Assembly (NCBI GenBank): GCA_949283975.1
Contig: CASDUK010000001.1
Span: 97,187 to 161,186 of the forward strand
DNA: 64,000 nt
Reading direction: 5' to 3'
Source: an uncultured Bacillota bacterium
GTDB lineage: Bacteria; Bacillota; Clostridia; Christensenellales; UBA1242
Both the position numbers and the translations under genes were made by a program. How positions within the stretch are numbered: the first letter of the stretch is position 1; every line of letters begins with the position of its first letter. Positions 46,972 through 55,449 of the stretch are shown one piece after another. The notes below the pieces were generated by a model. That model had not been told where the DNA came from. It saw only the letters and a list, made by a program, of their open reading frames with translations, and did no database searches.

Positions 46972-47002
46972 AAAAAACAAGCAAAATTTTTGCTTGTTTT
47001 TT
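46970..47002. terminator. bidirectional rho-independent terminator (yebC / rpsU)
   Basis: AAAAAAAACAAGCAAAA-TTTTTGCTTGTTTTTTTT palindrome. Confidence 0.8.
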
Positions 47003-47185
47003 TTAACCTCTTTTTCTTGCGCGCTTTCTAGCCGCTTCGCTTTTTTTCTTTCTTTTAACGCTGGGCTTAAGGTAGGCTTCTTTCTTTCTTATGTCGCCAA
47101 TAATTCCATCGCGCTGGCATTTTCTTTTAAAGCGTTTTAAAGCGCTGTCTAAACTTTCGTTTTCGCCAACTTTAACCATTGTCAT
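47003..47185 (-). CDS. rpsU: 30S ribosomal protein S21
   Basis: 60 aa, [25 protein letters not shown]...[15 protein letters not shown]. Confidence 0.95.
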   Translation of the reverse strand: MTMVKVGENESLDSALKRFKRKCQRDGIIGDIRKKEAYLKPSVKRKKKSEAARKRARKRG

Positions 47186-47222
47186 CTGCCTCTCACCACC
47201 TTTTAGTTCCAGTTTCTTTTGA

Positions 47223-47250
47223 ATTATATCAAATTAAAAATTTTTGTCAA
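47223..47250 (-). promoter_or_regulatory. sigma-A-type promoter of rpsU
   Basis: Minus strand: TTGACA (47250-47245), 16-nt spacer, TGa-TATAAT (47231-47223). A leader with SD AAAGGTGGTGAGAGG follows. Confidence 0.6.
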
Positions 47251-47323
47251 CTAATTTGTTTTTATTGTTTTCATTGATGACCTATATAATTTGTCCATAT
47301 TCGTCTAGAGGCAATAATACTTT

Positions 47324-47349
47324 GACAAAAAAAGACAAAATTCGACAAA
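47324..47349 (+). promoter_or_regulatory. three GACAAA motifs at exact 10-bp spacing (the third is a full TTCGACA)
   Basis: GACAAAaaaa-GACAAAattc-GACAAAc, with starts at 47324, 47334 and 47344. Confidence 0.25.
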
Positions 47350-47467
47350 CGATAGTTATTAATGAGAAAACACATGACAAATGGAAAAAGAAAGAATTTA
47401 ACATTTACGAAAGATTACAAATTCAAACAATAATGCAAATAAAGAAGGTTTTACAAATATGGCGAAG

Positions 47468-47578
47468 ATAGAAATTAGAACTCAAATGAACGAACAAAAG
47501 GAGGATAGGTTTTTCGGTTGTTGTTACAATTTTAACAGATATTGGAGCATTTTAAAAACAAGACTTAAAAAAAGGAAG
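47468..47578 (+). repeat. left copy of a ~110-bp imperfect direct repeat flanking the two-gene islet
   Basis: ATAGAAATTAGAACTCAAATGAACGAACAA...CAATTTTAACAGATATTGGAGC...AAAAACAAGACTTAAAAAAAGGAA. About 75% identical to 48711-48818; the core 22-mer matches 21/22. Confidence 0.7.
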
Positions 47579-47815
47579 GAAAATATTGAAAACAGAAAAG
47601 AAGATTTAATTTCATGAATGAACGATGAATATGACGTTTTCTTATGCAATTTTTTAAAGAACGAAAAGAAAGAAAACGTGAAAAAAGAAGAAGATGTGGA
47701 GAAAAGGTGGCATACAAGCATTGATTTTAAAAAAATTATGGTAAAATCTAATCAAAAGGTTGGAGGAAATTTATTTCTTCAACCTTTTGTAATTTAAAAG
47801 GAGATTTGCTATAAT

Positions 47816-48355
47816 ATGGGAGTATTTGATGATTTAATTAAAATTGATGAAAATGGAAATGTAAGTTATGCAGGATGGGTTGAATGGAAACATATCCCAA
47901 TGGGACTGACGCATTGCCCGATATGTTTAGTTTTGGATAAATGTTGGTTTAACAACATTTTAAAACCACAATTGCCACAACACGAAAAATGTCATTGTAT
48001 TGTAAATAATATTTCAAAACCCAAGCCAAATATCAATTCTTATGCTAAATGTGATTTAAAAAAAATTACTGATTACATTTTCAGTGATAAATATGCTTGG
48101 AATGGGAAACGAGATTTGTTTGAAAGGCTTGGCTTTACAATAAAAGATTCTCAGTATTTAAAAGAAGAATATGAAAGTCAAGCAGTAAAAAATTATTGTA
48201 ATAGCAATTATAAACTTGGTAAATTAGATATGCAAGGGCAGAGAATTACCATAGATATTAAATTTTTTAAAAACGGAAGATATATTGTTTTAACTTCTGG
48301 TTGGATGGTAAGACCTAAAGGCGAAATTACAAATAATACGCCGCTTGCAGGTTAA
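47816..48355 (+). CDS. truncated MuF-like C-terminal zinc motif fused to a DUF6883-like domain (candidate toxin module)
   Basis: 179 aa with SD AAAGGAG. HCPICLVLDKCWF...LPQHEKCHCIV resembles the conserved end of phage SPP1-gp7/MuF head-morphogenesis proteins. The remainder (KKITDYIFSDKYAWNGKRDLFERLGF...GQRITIDIKF..GRYIVLTSGWMV) follows the DUF6883 pattern as I recall it. Confidence 0.5.
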   Translation: MGVFDDLIKIDENGNVSYAGWVEWKHIPMGLTHCPICLVLDKCWFNNILKPQLPQHEKCHCIVNNISKPKPNINSYAKCDLKKITDYIFSDKYAWNGKRDLFERLGFTIKDSQYLKEEYESQAVKNYCNSNYKLGKLDMQGQRITIDIKFFKNGRYIVLTSGWMVRPKGEITNNTPLAG

Positions 48356-48367
48356 AAGGAGACTGAT

Positions 48368-48601
48368 ATGAAGTATTTAGATTTAGTTGAACTAATAGAA
48401 GAAAAACCGGCTTATACAAAAGCAGGGGTTAGGCTAGGTGACTTTGGTGCAGTTATGAGTGAAAAAGCGGTTGATGGCAAATGGCAGGTAATCTTTTCTG
48501 AATTTTATACTGGAAAAGATATAGCAGATATTATGGTTTCGGAAGGAGACTTAAAAGTTCATAAAAGTGTGCCAAAAGATAGATATCCTAAAAAGTCTTG
48601 A
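48368..48601 (+). CDS. DUF4926-like small SH3-fold protein (candidate immunity/antitoxin partner)
   Basis: 77 aa with SD AAAGGAG, 12 nt after the upstream stop. The pattern DLVELIEE...GVRLGDFGAVMSE...KWQVIFSEFYTGKDIADIMVSEGDL matches the DUF4926 consensus as I recall it. Confidence 0.5.
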   Translation: MKYLDLVELIEEKPAYTKAGVRLGDFGAVMSEKAVDGKWQVIFSEFYTGKDIADIMVSEGDLKVHKSVPKDRYPKKS

Positions 48602-48650
48602 CACCTACTAACACTTACGGGAGGCAGTTTTTGAGAGATTTGGAACGAAG

Positions 48651-48679
48651 CCCAAAATTTTCAATTTTCGGTCTTTTTT
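48651..48679 (+). terminator. rho-independent terminator of the two-gene islet
   Basis: CCCAAAATT-ttc-AATTTTCGG (one mismatch) followed by TCTTTTTT. Confidence 0.5.
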
Positions 48680-48710
48680 GTTAGATCCAGACTATTGATT
48701 TGGGTTTGAA

Positions 48711-48818
48711 ATAGAAAAATTAGAATCCAATTGAAAGAACAAGATTGATATTTTTCTGTTGTTAATTATTGCAATTTTAACAGTTATTGGAGCGTTAAAA
48801 ACGAGACTAAAAAAGGAA
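48711..48818 (+). repeat. right copy of the ~110-bp imperfect direct repeat
   Basis: ATAGAAAAATTAGAATCCAATTGAAAGAACAA...CAATTTTAACAGTTATTGGAGC...AAAAACGAGACTAAAAAAGGAA. Confidence 0.7.
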
Positions 48819-48885
48819 TTGGAACAAAAGTAATTTAGCAAGCCCTTTCAAAACAAATGCATGGAGAAAAAATGATTTTTAAAAT

Positions 48886-48915
48886 TTGCCATTTTATATT
48901 TTATTGTGTTAAAAT
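48886..48915 (+). promoter_or_regulatory. sigma-A-type promoter abutting the addB start
   Basis: TTGCCA (48886-48891), 18-nt spacer, TGt-TAAAAT (48907-48915). GTG 48922 is 6 nt after the -10, with no SD. Confidence 0.45.
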
Positions 48916-48921
48916 AGCCAT

Positions 48922-51900
48922 GTGAAAGTTGAAGTAATTGTTGGAAACAATTTATATTCCGTTGCAGAGGCTGTTATTGGAAGCATTGAGGTTTCAAATT
49001 CTTTAGAGCTTGAAAATTTTGTTGTTGTTCCGGACAGATTTTCTCTTTTGGCAGAAAAGCTTCAGTTCAGCCAGAACAACATTAATTCAACGTTCAACAT
49101 AAAGGTTGTTGGAATTTCGAAACTTGCAACATATTTTTCGCCGAAACTTAAAGTTCTCTCTTCAGATCAGAGCAGGGTTAAAATTTATTGCGCGCTTAAG
49201 GAGCTTGGGCTACAATCGTTTTTGCCAAGTTTTGAACTTTCCAGCCAAGTTTATAAAATTATTTCTCAGCTTAAATCAAGCCAAATTTCTCCAGAGGAGT
49301 TTTCTGTTGGCGCAACAAACAAAAAACTTTTAGAACTATTTTTAATCTATAAAAAATATGAGGATGAAAAGGAACTTTCAGATTCTTCCGATGTTCTTTC
49401 AAACCTTATTCAAAACATGGACGAGGCAAAAATTTCCAATTGCAATTTCTTTTTTGCAGGGTTTGACAGTTTGACGGCTCAGGGAGAAAAAATTTTGGAA
49501 AAAATTTGTTTGCTTGCAAAAAGAGTTGTTGTTGGGGCAATTAAGCCCGGCAGCCAGAAAAATTATTTTATTTACGATGAGGACATTTTAAACAAAATTA
49601 ACAAAATTAGACGCAACCATAAAATTGAAATTTCTCAAACTTTTTTAAAAGATGAACAAGCGGGCGAGGGCGGCCACATTTTAAGAAATCTTTTTTCTGG
49701 AAAAGAAAACTTTTTTGAGACGGAAAAAGTTTTTCTTCTTCAATTTGAAAAACCCGAAAAAGAAGCAGAGGAAATTGCAAAAACAATTCTTTTCAAAATT
49801 AAACAAGAAAATAAAAGCTTTTCCGATTTCAATGTCTTAGTTGGAAACTTGGAGGAGGGGAACAAAATTTTTAGAGAGGTTTTTGCTTCGTATAACATAC
49901 CATATTTTGTTGACCTTGGCGTAAAAGTTGAAACTCTTCCAATTTACAATTTTTTTAAGAACCTTTTCGAATATATTTTAAACTCAAATCAGATTGGCTT
50001 TTTAAACTTGCTGATGAATTGCTATTTAGACGCAGACATTAACGAAATTTCGGCGTTTGAAAATTTTTGCTTAAAATTTGGATTTGAACAAAAAAGTTTT
50101 GAAAATTTTGAAAATATTAACAAAATTAACAAAAAAATTGAAAAAATTAAATTAAAAATTGAAAAAAACAATAATATTGCAGGCTTTTCTGGAATTGTAA
50201 AAGAAATAATTGACGAATTTAAATTAAGAGAAATTAACATAGCACTAACGGAAAAATTTTCAGAAGAAAATTTGTATAACGAGAAAATTTATCTTCAAAT
50301 CTTTAATCAGCTAGATGAAATTTTGGAAAATTTATCTGAGGAAATTGAAGTTGATTTTGAGGAATTTTCAACAATTTTTCTCTCTCTCTTTGGCGAAAAA
50401 GAACTTTCCTCTGTTCCTGTTTCAATCGACTGCGTGTTTTTGGGCGGAGAAAAATCCTTTTTCGAGCGGAGAGATGTTTTGTTTGTTGCGGGCGCAAAAC
50501 AGGGGCAAATTCCAAAAACTGTTAAGGACGTTGGAATTCTTTGCGACCAGGACATCTCTTCTTTGCGCCTTCCAATAACGCCAACAATTAAGATGATTAA
50601 CAAAAGGAACAAACAAAAACTTTTGTTTGACCTTTCTCAAGCCAAGGAAATTTTTGTTTCTTTTAGCGAAAACGAACTTGGAGAAAAGGAAGAGAAATCT
50701 TCGCTGTTTTATGAACTTGGGAAAATTTTTTCAAGGGACTTTTTGCCAATTAAAACTACTTCGAATTTTTATGAGCGCTTTGGAAGAGAAAAACTTTTAA
50801 AATTTTTAATTCAAGATGGTTTGGATTATGAAAAATTTGTTCTCTCGCTATTAAAAGAACAAAAAATTTCCAAGGCTCAGGCAGAGCAGTTGATTGTGCC
50901 AAACAAGGAGAAGAGAGAGCAAACAAGCAAAAATCTTTTTAAGAAACTTTCACCAACAGAAATTGAAAATTTTTTCAAGTGTCCGTTTAAACATTTCTTT
51001 TTCTATGGGCTTGGGATTAGGGAAAACCAAACAAACAATTTTGACGGAAGAGACTTTGGAAACTATTTCCACATGATTGCAAAGCAATTTGTTGAAAGAA
51101 ATTTAAACAAGATTCAAACTATTACAAAAGAGGAAACAGACGGCGAATTTGAGCAGATTGTTTCAAATGTTTTAAAAAGCGAAAGATTTAGTTTGCTTAA
51201 AAGAAACAAAGAAAACAACCATCTCTTTGCACTTCTTAAAAAAGAGGCAAGAACAATGGTTTATAAAATTGTTTATGAACAACACAATTCAAATTTCCTT
51301 GTTCGCTATGTTGAAAAGCCATTTAGATATAACCTTGGAGAACTTCCGCTTTGCGGCGTTGTTGACAGAGTTGATGTTTCTGGCGATTATTTTAGAGTTG
51401 TAGACTATAAATCTGGCGAAATTTCAAGAAGTTTAAAAAAAGTTTATCATGGCGTTGAACTTCAACTTTTCATTTATCTAATTGCAATTGAGGCGATGTT
51501 TGGCCTTGTTCCGGCGGGCGGCTTTTATTTTCCAATTTCTGAGGATTACAGCGCCAAAGATGTTAAAAAGTTTTGTTTAGATGGCTTTGTTTTAGATTTG
51601 CAAAACATAATTTCCGATTTAGACAGACGCTTTGGAAGCGCGCTTGAAAGCGATATTGTTGCGCTTAAACTAAAAAAAGAATCAAGCCCAAACAACCTTG
51701 TTTTATCAACTAAGAAAAATGTCTTTTCAAAGGAAGGCTTTGAAAGCGTTTTGATGTATGTTAAAAAATTAATTGAAAGGGCAAAGGAAGAAATTTTAAG
51801 CGGAAAGTTTCCTGCAAACCCAATTGGAGACTCCTTTGAAACTTCGCCGTGCAAAACGTGCCCGCTTTTTTGCATTTGTAGTTTTAAACAGGGCGAGAGC

Positions 51901-51969
51901 CAAGAAATTAGAACATTTGGAAAAGAACTTTCTGAGCAAGATTTTAAAAGGATTTTGGGCGATGAATAA
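48922..51969 (+). CDS. addB: helicase-nuclease AddAB subunit B (RexB-like; no N-terminal Walker A)
   Basis: 1015 aa with C-terminal RecB-family nuclease GVVDRVD...VVDYKSG and Fe-S cysteines (FFKCPFKHF ... CKTCPLFCIC). Overlaps addA. Confidence 0.85.
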   Translation: MKVEVIVGNNLYSVAEAVIGSIEVSNSLELENFVVVPDRFSLLAEKLQFSQNNINSTFNIKVVGISKLATYFSPKLKVLSSDQSRVKIYCALKELGLQSFLPSFELSSQVYKIISQLKSSQISPEEFSVGATNKKLLELFLIYKKYEDEKELSDSSDVLSNLIQNMDEAKISNCNFFFAGFDSLTAQGEKILEKICLLAKRVVVGAIKPGSQKNYFIYDEDILNKINKIRRNHKIEISQTFLKDEQAGEGGHILRNLFSGKENFFETEKVFLLQFEKPEKEAEEIAKTILFKIKQENKSFSDFNVLVGNLEEGNKIFREVFASYNIPYFVDLGVKVETLPIYNFFKNLFEYILNSNQIGFLNLLMNCYLDADINEISAFENFCLKFGFEQKSFENFENINKINKKIEKIKLKIEKNNNIAGFSGIVKEIIDEFKLREINIALTEKFSEENLYNEKIYLQIFNQLDEILENLSEEIEVDFEEFSTIFLSLFGEKELSSVPVSIDCVFLGGEKSFFERRDVLFVAGAKQGQIPKTVKDVGILCDQDISSLRLPITPTIKMINKRNKQKLLFDLSQAKEIFVSFSENELGEKEEKSSLFYELGKIFSRDFLPIKTTSNFYERFGREKLLKFLIQDGLDYEKFVLSLLKEQKISKAQAEQLIVPNKEKREQTSKNLFKKLSPTEIENFFKCPFKHFFFYGLGIRENQTNNFDGRDFGNYFHMIAKQFVERNLNKIQTITKEETDGEFEQIVSNVLKSERFSLLKRNKENNHLFALLKKEARTMVYKIVYEQHNSNFLVRYVEKPFRYNLGELPLCGVVDRVDVSGDYFRVVDYKSGEISRSLKKVYHGVELQLFIYLIAIEAMFGLVPAGGFYFPISEDYSAKDVKKFCLDGFVLDLQNIISDLDRRFGSALESDIVALKLKKESSPNNLVLSTKKNVFSKEGFESVLMYVKKLIERAKEEILSGKFPANPIGDSFETSPCKTCPLFCICSFKQGESQEIRTFGKELSEQDFKRILGDE

Positions 51970-54900
51970 ATTTACAGATGAGCAAAAGGACATATTGAAA
52001 ACCTTCAATCAAAGTTCAATTGTTTCCGCCGGGGCAGGAAGCGGAAAAACAACAATTATGATTGAAAAAATTATGGAGGAATTAAAAGCGGGGGTTAGCC
52101 TTGAAAACATTTTGGCCTTAACTTTTACAAACCTTGCGGCAGGAGAGATGAAACAAAGGCTTTCTTCAAAGCTTTTAGAGTTTGCAATTGAAAACGAGCG
52201 GATTGACCTTTTGGAGCAGATTGACCTTCTTCCCCAGGCGGACATTTCAACCTTCCATTCTTTTTATGAAAAAATTGTTAAAAAATATTTTTTTGTAATT
52301 GGAATTTCTCCTAGTTTTGAAATTATTCCAGAACAAAAACTTTTGGCGCTTCAAGAACTTTCTTTTGCAAAGGCAATAGAAAAATTAAAAAATTCCTCAA
52401 TGGAAAGATATCTTGCGCTTTTAGATGTTCTTGGAAGGCGAAGAAGCGCGGCGTCAATTAAGGAAAGAATTTTTAAGCTTGACAATTATCTTTCTTCTCA
52501 GTTCGACAAGGAAAGTTTTTTAGACGAAATTGCCTTTAAAATGTATTGCAATCAAGATGAGGCTTTTTCTTGCTTTTTTTCCGAAGGCTATGCTTTTGCA
52601 ACAAAGGCAAAGGCAGAGCTTGAAAAGCTTTTAGCCAAAGCAAAGGGTTTTGGCGAAGATGCGCTTTGCGCCCACATAAACAATTGTATTTCTCTTTTGG
52701 CGGAATTTGTTGGGGCAGACTTTAAAAAAAGTTTTTCTCTTCTTTCTGGCGAATTTAAATTTCCGGAACTTAGAGAAAGCAAAAGCCTTCCTAAAACCCA
52801 GACTTTTTTAGAGGTTAAAGAGGCAAAACTAATTTTTGGGAACTATTTGAAAAAATTTAGAGAAAAAAACTATGGGAGTTTTGAAAATGTTTTAAATTCC
52901 TTTAAAAGTTGCAAAGAAAACATTGGGTCAATTGTTGAGCTCTATCGCGATTATAAATTCTTTTTAAGCCAAGAGAAAAGCAAGATTAACATGTTTGATT
53001 TTTCGGATTTAGAGGAATTTTGCTATCAAATTTTGCAAAACCAAACGGCAAGGGATGAAATTAAGGAAAAATATTTCAAAATTTTTGTTGACGAGTTTCA
53101 AGACATTAACCCAATTCAAAACCAAATTTTAAACTTAGTTTCAAAAGGCAACAATGTTTTTTATGTTGGAGATTCCAAACAAAGCATCTATGCTTTTAGG
53201 CAGGCAGATGTTGACATTTTTGTTGACACGTTGAAAAATTTTGAAAAGACGGAAGATAAGCGCGCCCTTAAACTGACATATAATTTTAGAAGTAACCCAA
53301 AAATTTTAAATTTTGTTAACATGGTTTTTGGAAGTTTGATGACGGAAAAAAGCGCTCAAATCAACTATGAAAAAGATGCAAAGTTTAACCTTGAAAATGA
53401 AATTATAAAAACTTCAAAAATTTCTTGCGCCGAGCCAAGCGTTAAAATTGTTGGCGTTGTTGAAAACAAGGAAGAACAACTTGAACCACGGGGAATTTAC
53501 AGCGCCCTTTCTGCGCCAAAAAATTTCAGCCAAATTTCAAACGAGGCAAAAGTTATTGCAAGCGAAATTTCCAAACTTCTTCGAGAAAAGATTGTTGACA
53601 ATAGCGGAAAAGAACGGGAAATTCAGTTTGGAGACATTGCAATTTTGGTTAGAAAGAGAAGCGACCTTGTTTTAGGCCTTTCAAAAGTTTTTTTAGAGGC
53701 AAACATTCCCTTTGATGTTAGCGACGAGGTTGACCTTTTGTCTTCAAAAGAAAACCAACTTTTGATTAGCCTTTTAAATCTTGTTTTAAACAGGAAGAAC
53801 GATTTGGTTCTTGCGCCAATTTTGGCGAGCCCATATTTTGATTTTTCATTTGACGAACTTGGAGAAATTTCACTTGAAGAGGGCCAATATTTCCACGAGA
53901 AATTTGAAAATTATTTGAAAAGAGAAAACGCGCTTTCTGAAAAACTTTTTAAGTTCAATAAAAGTTTAGATGATCTTTCTTTTTCAATTAAGACAGAGGG
54001 CGTTAGGGCGGCGGTTTTGAAATTCTTTGAAAAAACAAATTATATTTCACATGTTTTAAAAAGCGAAAACGGCTTTGTTAAATTAAATGTTATAAAACAA
54101 TTTTTGGCCCATATTGAGCAGGCCGGCTTTAACTTCAACCTTGCCTTGCTTTGCGAATATCTTTCACAAAACAAACAAATTAAAGTTCCAAGCGTTAAAT
54201 CTTCAACGGACAATTGCGTTAAAATTACAACAATTCACTCAAGCAAAGGGCTTGAATTTCCGGTTGTAATTCTTGCAGATTGCGGGCGAGATTTGTTCTC
54301 AAACAAAAGGGACGGCGCAGATTTGAAAATTGACAAAAATTTTGGAATGGCGCTAAAAAATTATAACAACTTGGAAAGAAAGGTTTATGACAGCATTTTT
54401 GAACAAATTATTGTAAACTCTCAAAAAAGGCGAGAGATTGCAGAGAATTTAAGGCTTTTATATGTTGCACTTACGCGCGTGCAAAACAAACTTATCATAA
54501 CCGGGAAAATTTTGGAACAAGAAAATCTTTTTGATTCGGTTTCTGAAATTAATTGCGAAACAGATTTAATTTCTGTAAAACAAAGCTATTTGAATTTAAT
54601 ATTGGGCGCAATTAAGGGAAAAGAAATTGATTCGCTTAAACTGGAAATTGAGAACGGAAGCGAGGAGCAAATTGAAATTAAGCCCGAAGAAAAATTTGAT
54701 TTTAATTTGTTAAAAAGCGCAAAAGAAAACATTAATTTTATTTATCCAAATTTAGAAAGAACGCGTCTTTCAACAAAAACTTCTGTTAGCCGAGTTGCTT
54801 TTAGCGGTTTTGGATATGAAAATATTGTTGATTTGCCAGAGAACTATCAAACCTCAAAACATCTTTCTTTTAGCACAATTGAAGAGGGAAATATTGTTCA

Positions 54901-55357
54901 TGAAATTATGGAGAGATTAAATTTTTATTCCGAAAATTTGCAGCAGGAAGTTTTTCAAACAATTGAAGAAACCAACAACGGAACATTTGACCCAAAATTT
55001 CTTTTTAAAACGATAATTAAAAATGTTGAAATAATTAAACAAATCATTCCAAAGGAAAACAAGATTTATAAGGAAAAGGAATTCATGATTTATGAAAGCC
55101 CAAAGCGTGTTTTTGGCTTTGGAGTTGAAGAAAAAATTTTAATTCAGGGAAAGGTTGACCTTTTTTCTTGCGGAGCTAAAAATATTTTAATAGACTATAA
55201 ATATACTTCAATAAACAATGAAGAGAGGCTTGCAAAAAAATATGGCGGCCAGCTTAAAGCATATAAATTTGCGCTTGAAAGCGCAATGAATTCAAAAGTT
55301 GACGAGGTTTATTTGCTCAGTTTAAAGCATGGAAAATTAATTCGCGTGAATATCTAA
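51962..55357 (+). CDS. addA: helicase-nuclease AddAB subunit A (UvrD/PcrA-type helicase + RecB nuclease)
   Basis: I prefer ATG 51962 (MNKFTDEQKDIL...). Walker A AGAGSGKT, FVDEFQDINPIQ, TIHSSKGLEF, C-terminal nuclease GKVDLF...IDYKYT. Confidence 0.92.
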   Translation: MNKFTDEQKDILKTFNQSSIVSAGAGSGKTTIMIEKIMEELKAGVSLENILALTFTNLAAGEMKQRLSSKLLEFAIENERIDLLEQIDLLPQADISTFHSFYEKIVKKYFFVIGISPSFEIIPEQKLLALQELSFAKAIEKLKNSSMERYLALLDVLGRRRSAASIKERIFKLDNYLSSQFDKESFLDEIAFKMYCNQDEAFSCFFSEGYAFATKAKAELEKLLAKAKGFGEDALCAHINNCISLLAEFVGADFKKSFSLLSGEFKFPELRESKSLPKTQTFLEVKEAKLIFGNYLKKFREKNYGSFENVLNSFKSCKENIGSIVELYRDYKFFLSQEKSKINMFDFSDLEEFCYQILQNQTARDEIKEKYFKIFVDEFQDINPIQNQILNLVSKGNNVFYVGDSKQSIYAFRQADVDIFVDTLKNFEKTEDKRALKLTYNFRSNPKILNFVNMVFGSLMTEKSAQINYEKDAKFNLENEIIKTSKISCAEPSVKIVGVVENKEEQLEPRGIYSALSAPKNFSQISNEAKVIASEISKLLREKIVDNSGKEREIQFGDIAILVRKRSDLVLGLSKVFLEANIPFDVSDEVDLLSSKENQLLISLLNLVLNRKNDLVLAPILASPYFDFSFDELGEISLEEGQYFHEKFENYLKRENALSEKLFKFNKSLDDLSFSIKTEGVRAAVLKFFEKTNYISHVLKSENGFVKLNVIKQFLAHIEQAGFNFNLALLCEYLSQNKQIKVPSVKSSTDNCVKITTIHSSKGLEFPVVILADCGRDLFSNKRDGADLKIDKNFGMALKNYNNLERKVYDSIFEQIIVNSQKRREIAENLRLLYVALTRVQNKLIITGKILEQENLFDSVSEINCETDLISVKQSYLNLILGAIKGKEIDSLKLEIENGSEEQIEIKPEEKFDFNLLKSAKENINFIYPNLERTRLSTKTSVSRVAFSGFGYENIVDLPENYQTSKHLSFSTIEEGNIVHEIMERLNFYSENLQQEVFQTIEETNNGTFDPKFLFKTIIKNVEIIKQIIPKENKIYKEKEFMIYESPKRVFGFGVEEKILIQGKVDLFSCGAKNILIDYKYTSINNEERLAKKYGGQLKAYKFALESAMNSKVDEVYLLSLKHGKLIRVNI

Positions 55358-55449
55358 AAAAAAATAAAAAAAATTCTTAAAAAATATTAAAAAAATATTA
55401 GTTAAATTATTTTTTATGTGATATACTAAAATCAATTTAAGGAGGGGAT

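Noticed and set aside
47486-47617. 43-aa ORF (MNEQKEDRFFGCCYNFNRYWSILK...) as a real peptide gene, e.g. a RiPP precursor or type I toxin.
   Set aside because: There is no SD or promoter context that I can support. The paralogous copy at 48.73 kb has an in-frame stop. It is mentioned within the flanking-repeat finding but not annotated as a CDS.
47244-47721. 75-aa (+) and 65-aa (-) ORFs in the AT-rich spacer.
   Set aside because: The first has a TTG start inside the rpsU promoter and the second is F/S-rich low-complexity sequence. Neither has an RBS or a motif, as expected by chance in AT-rich DNA.
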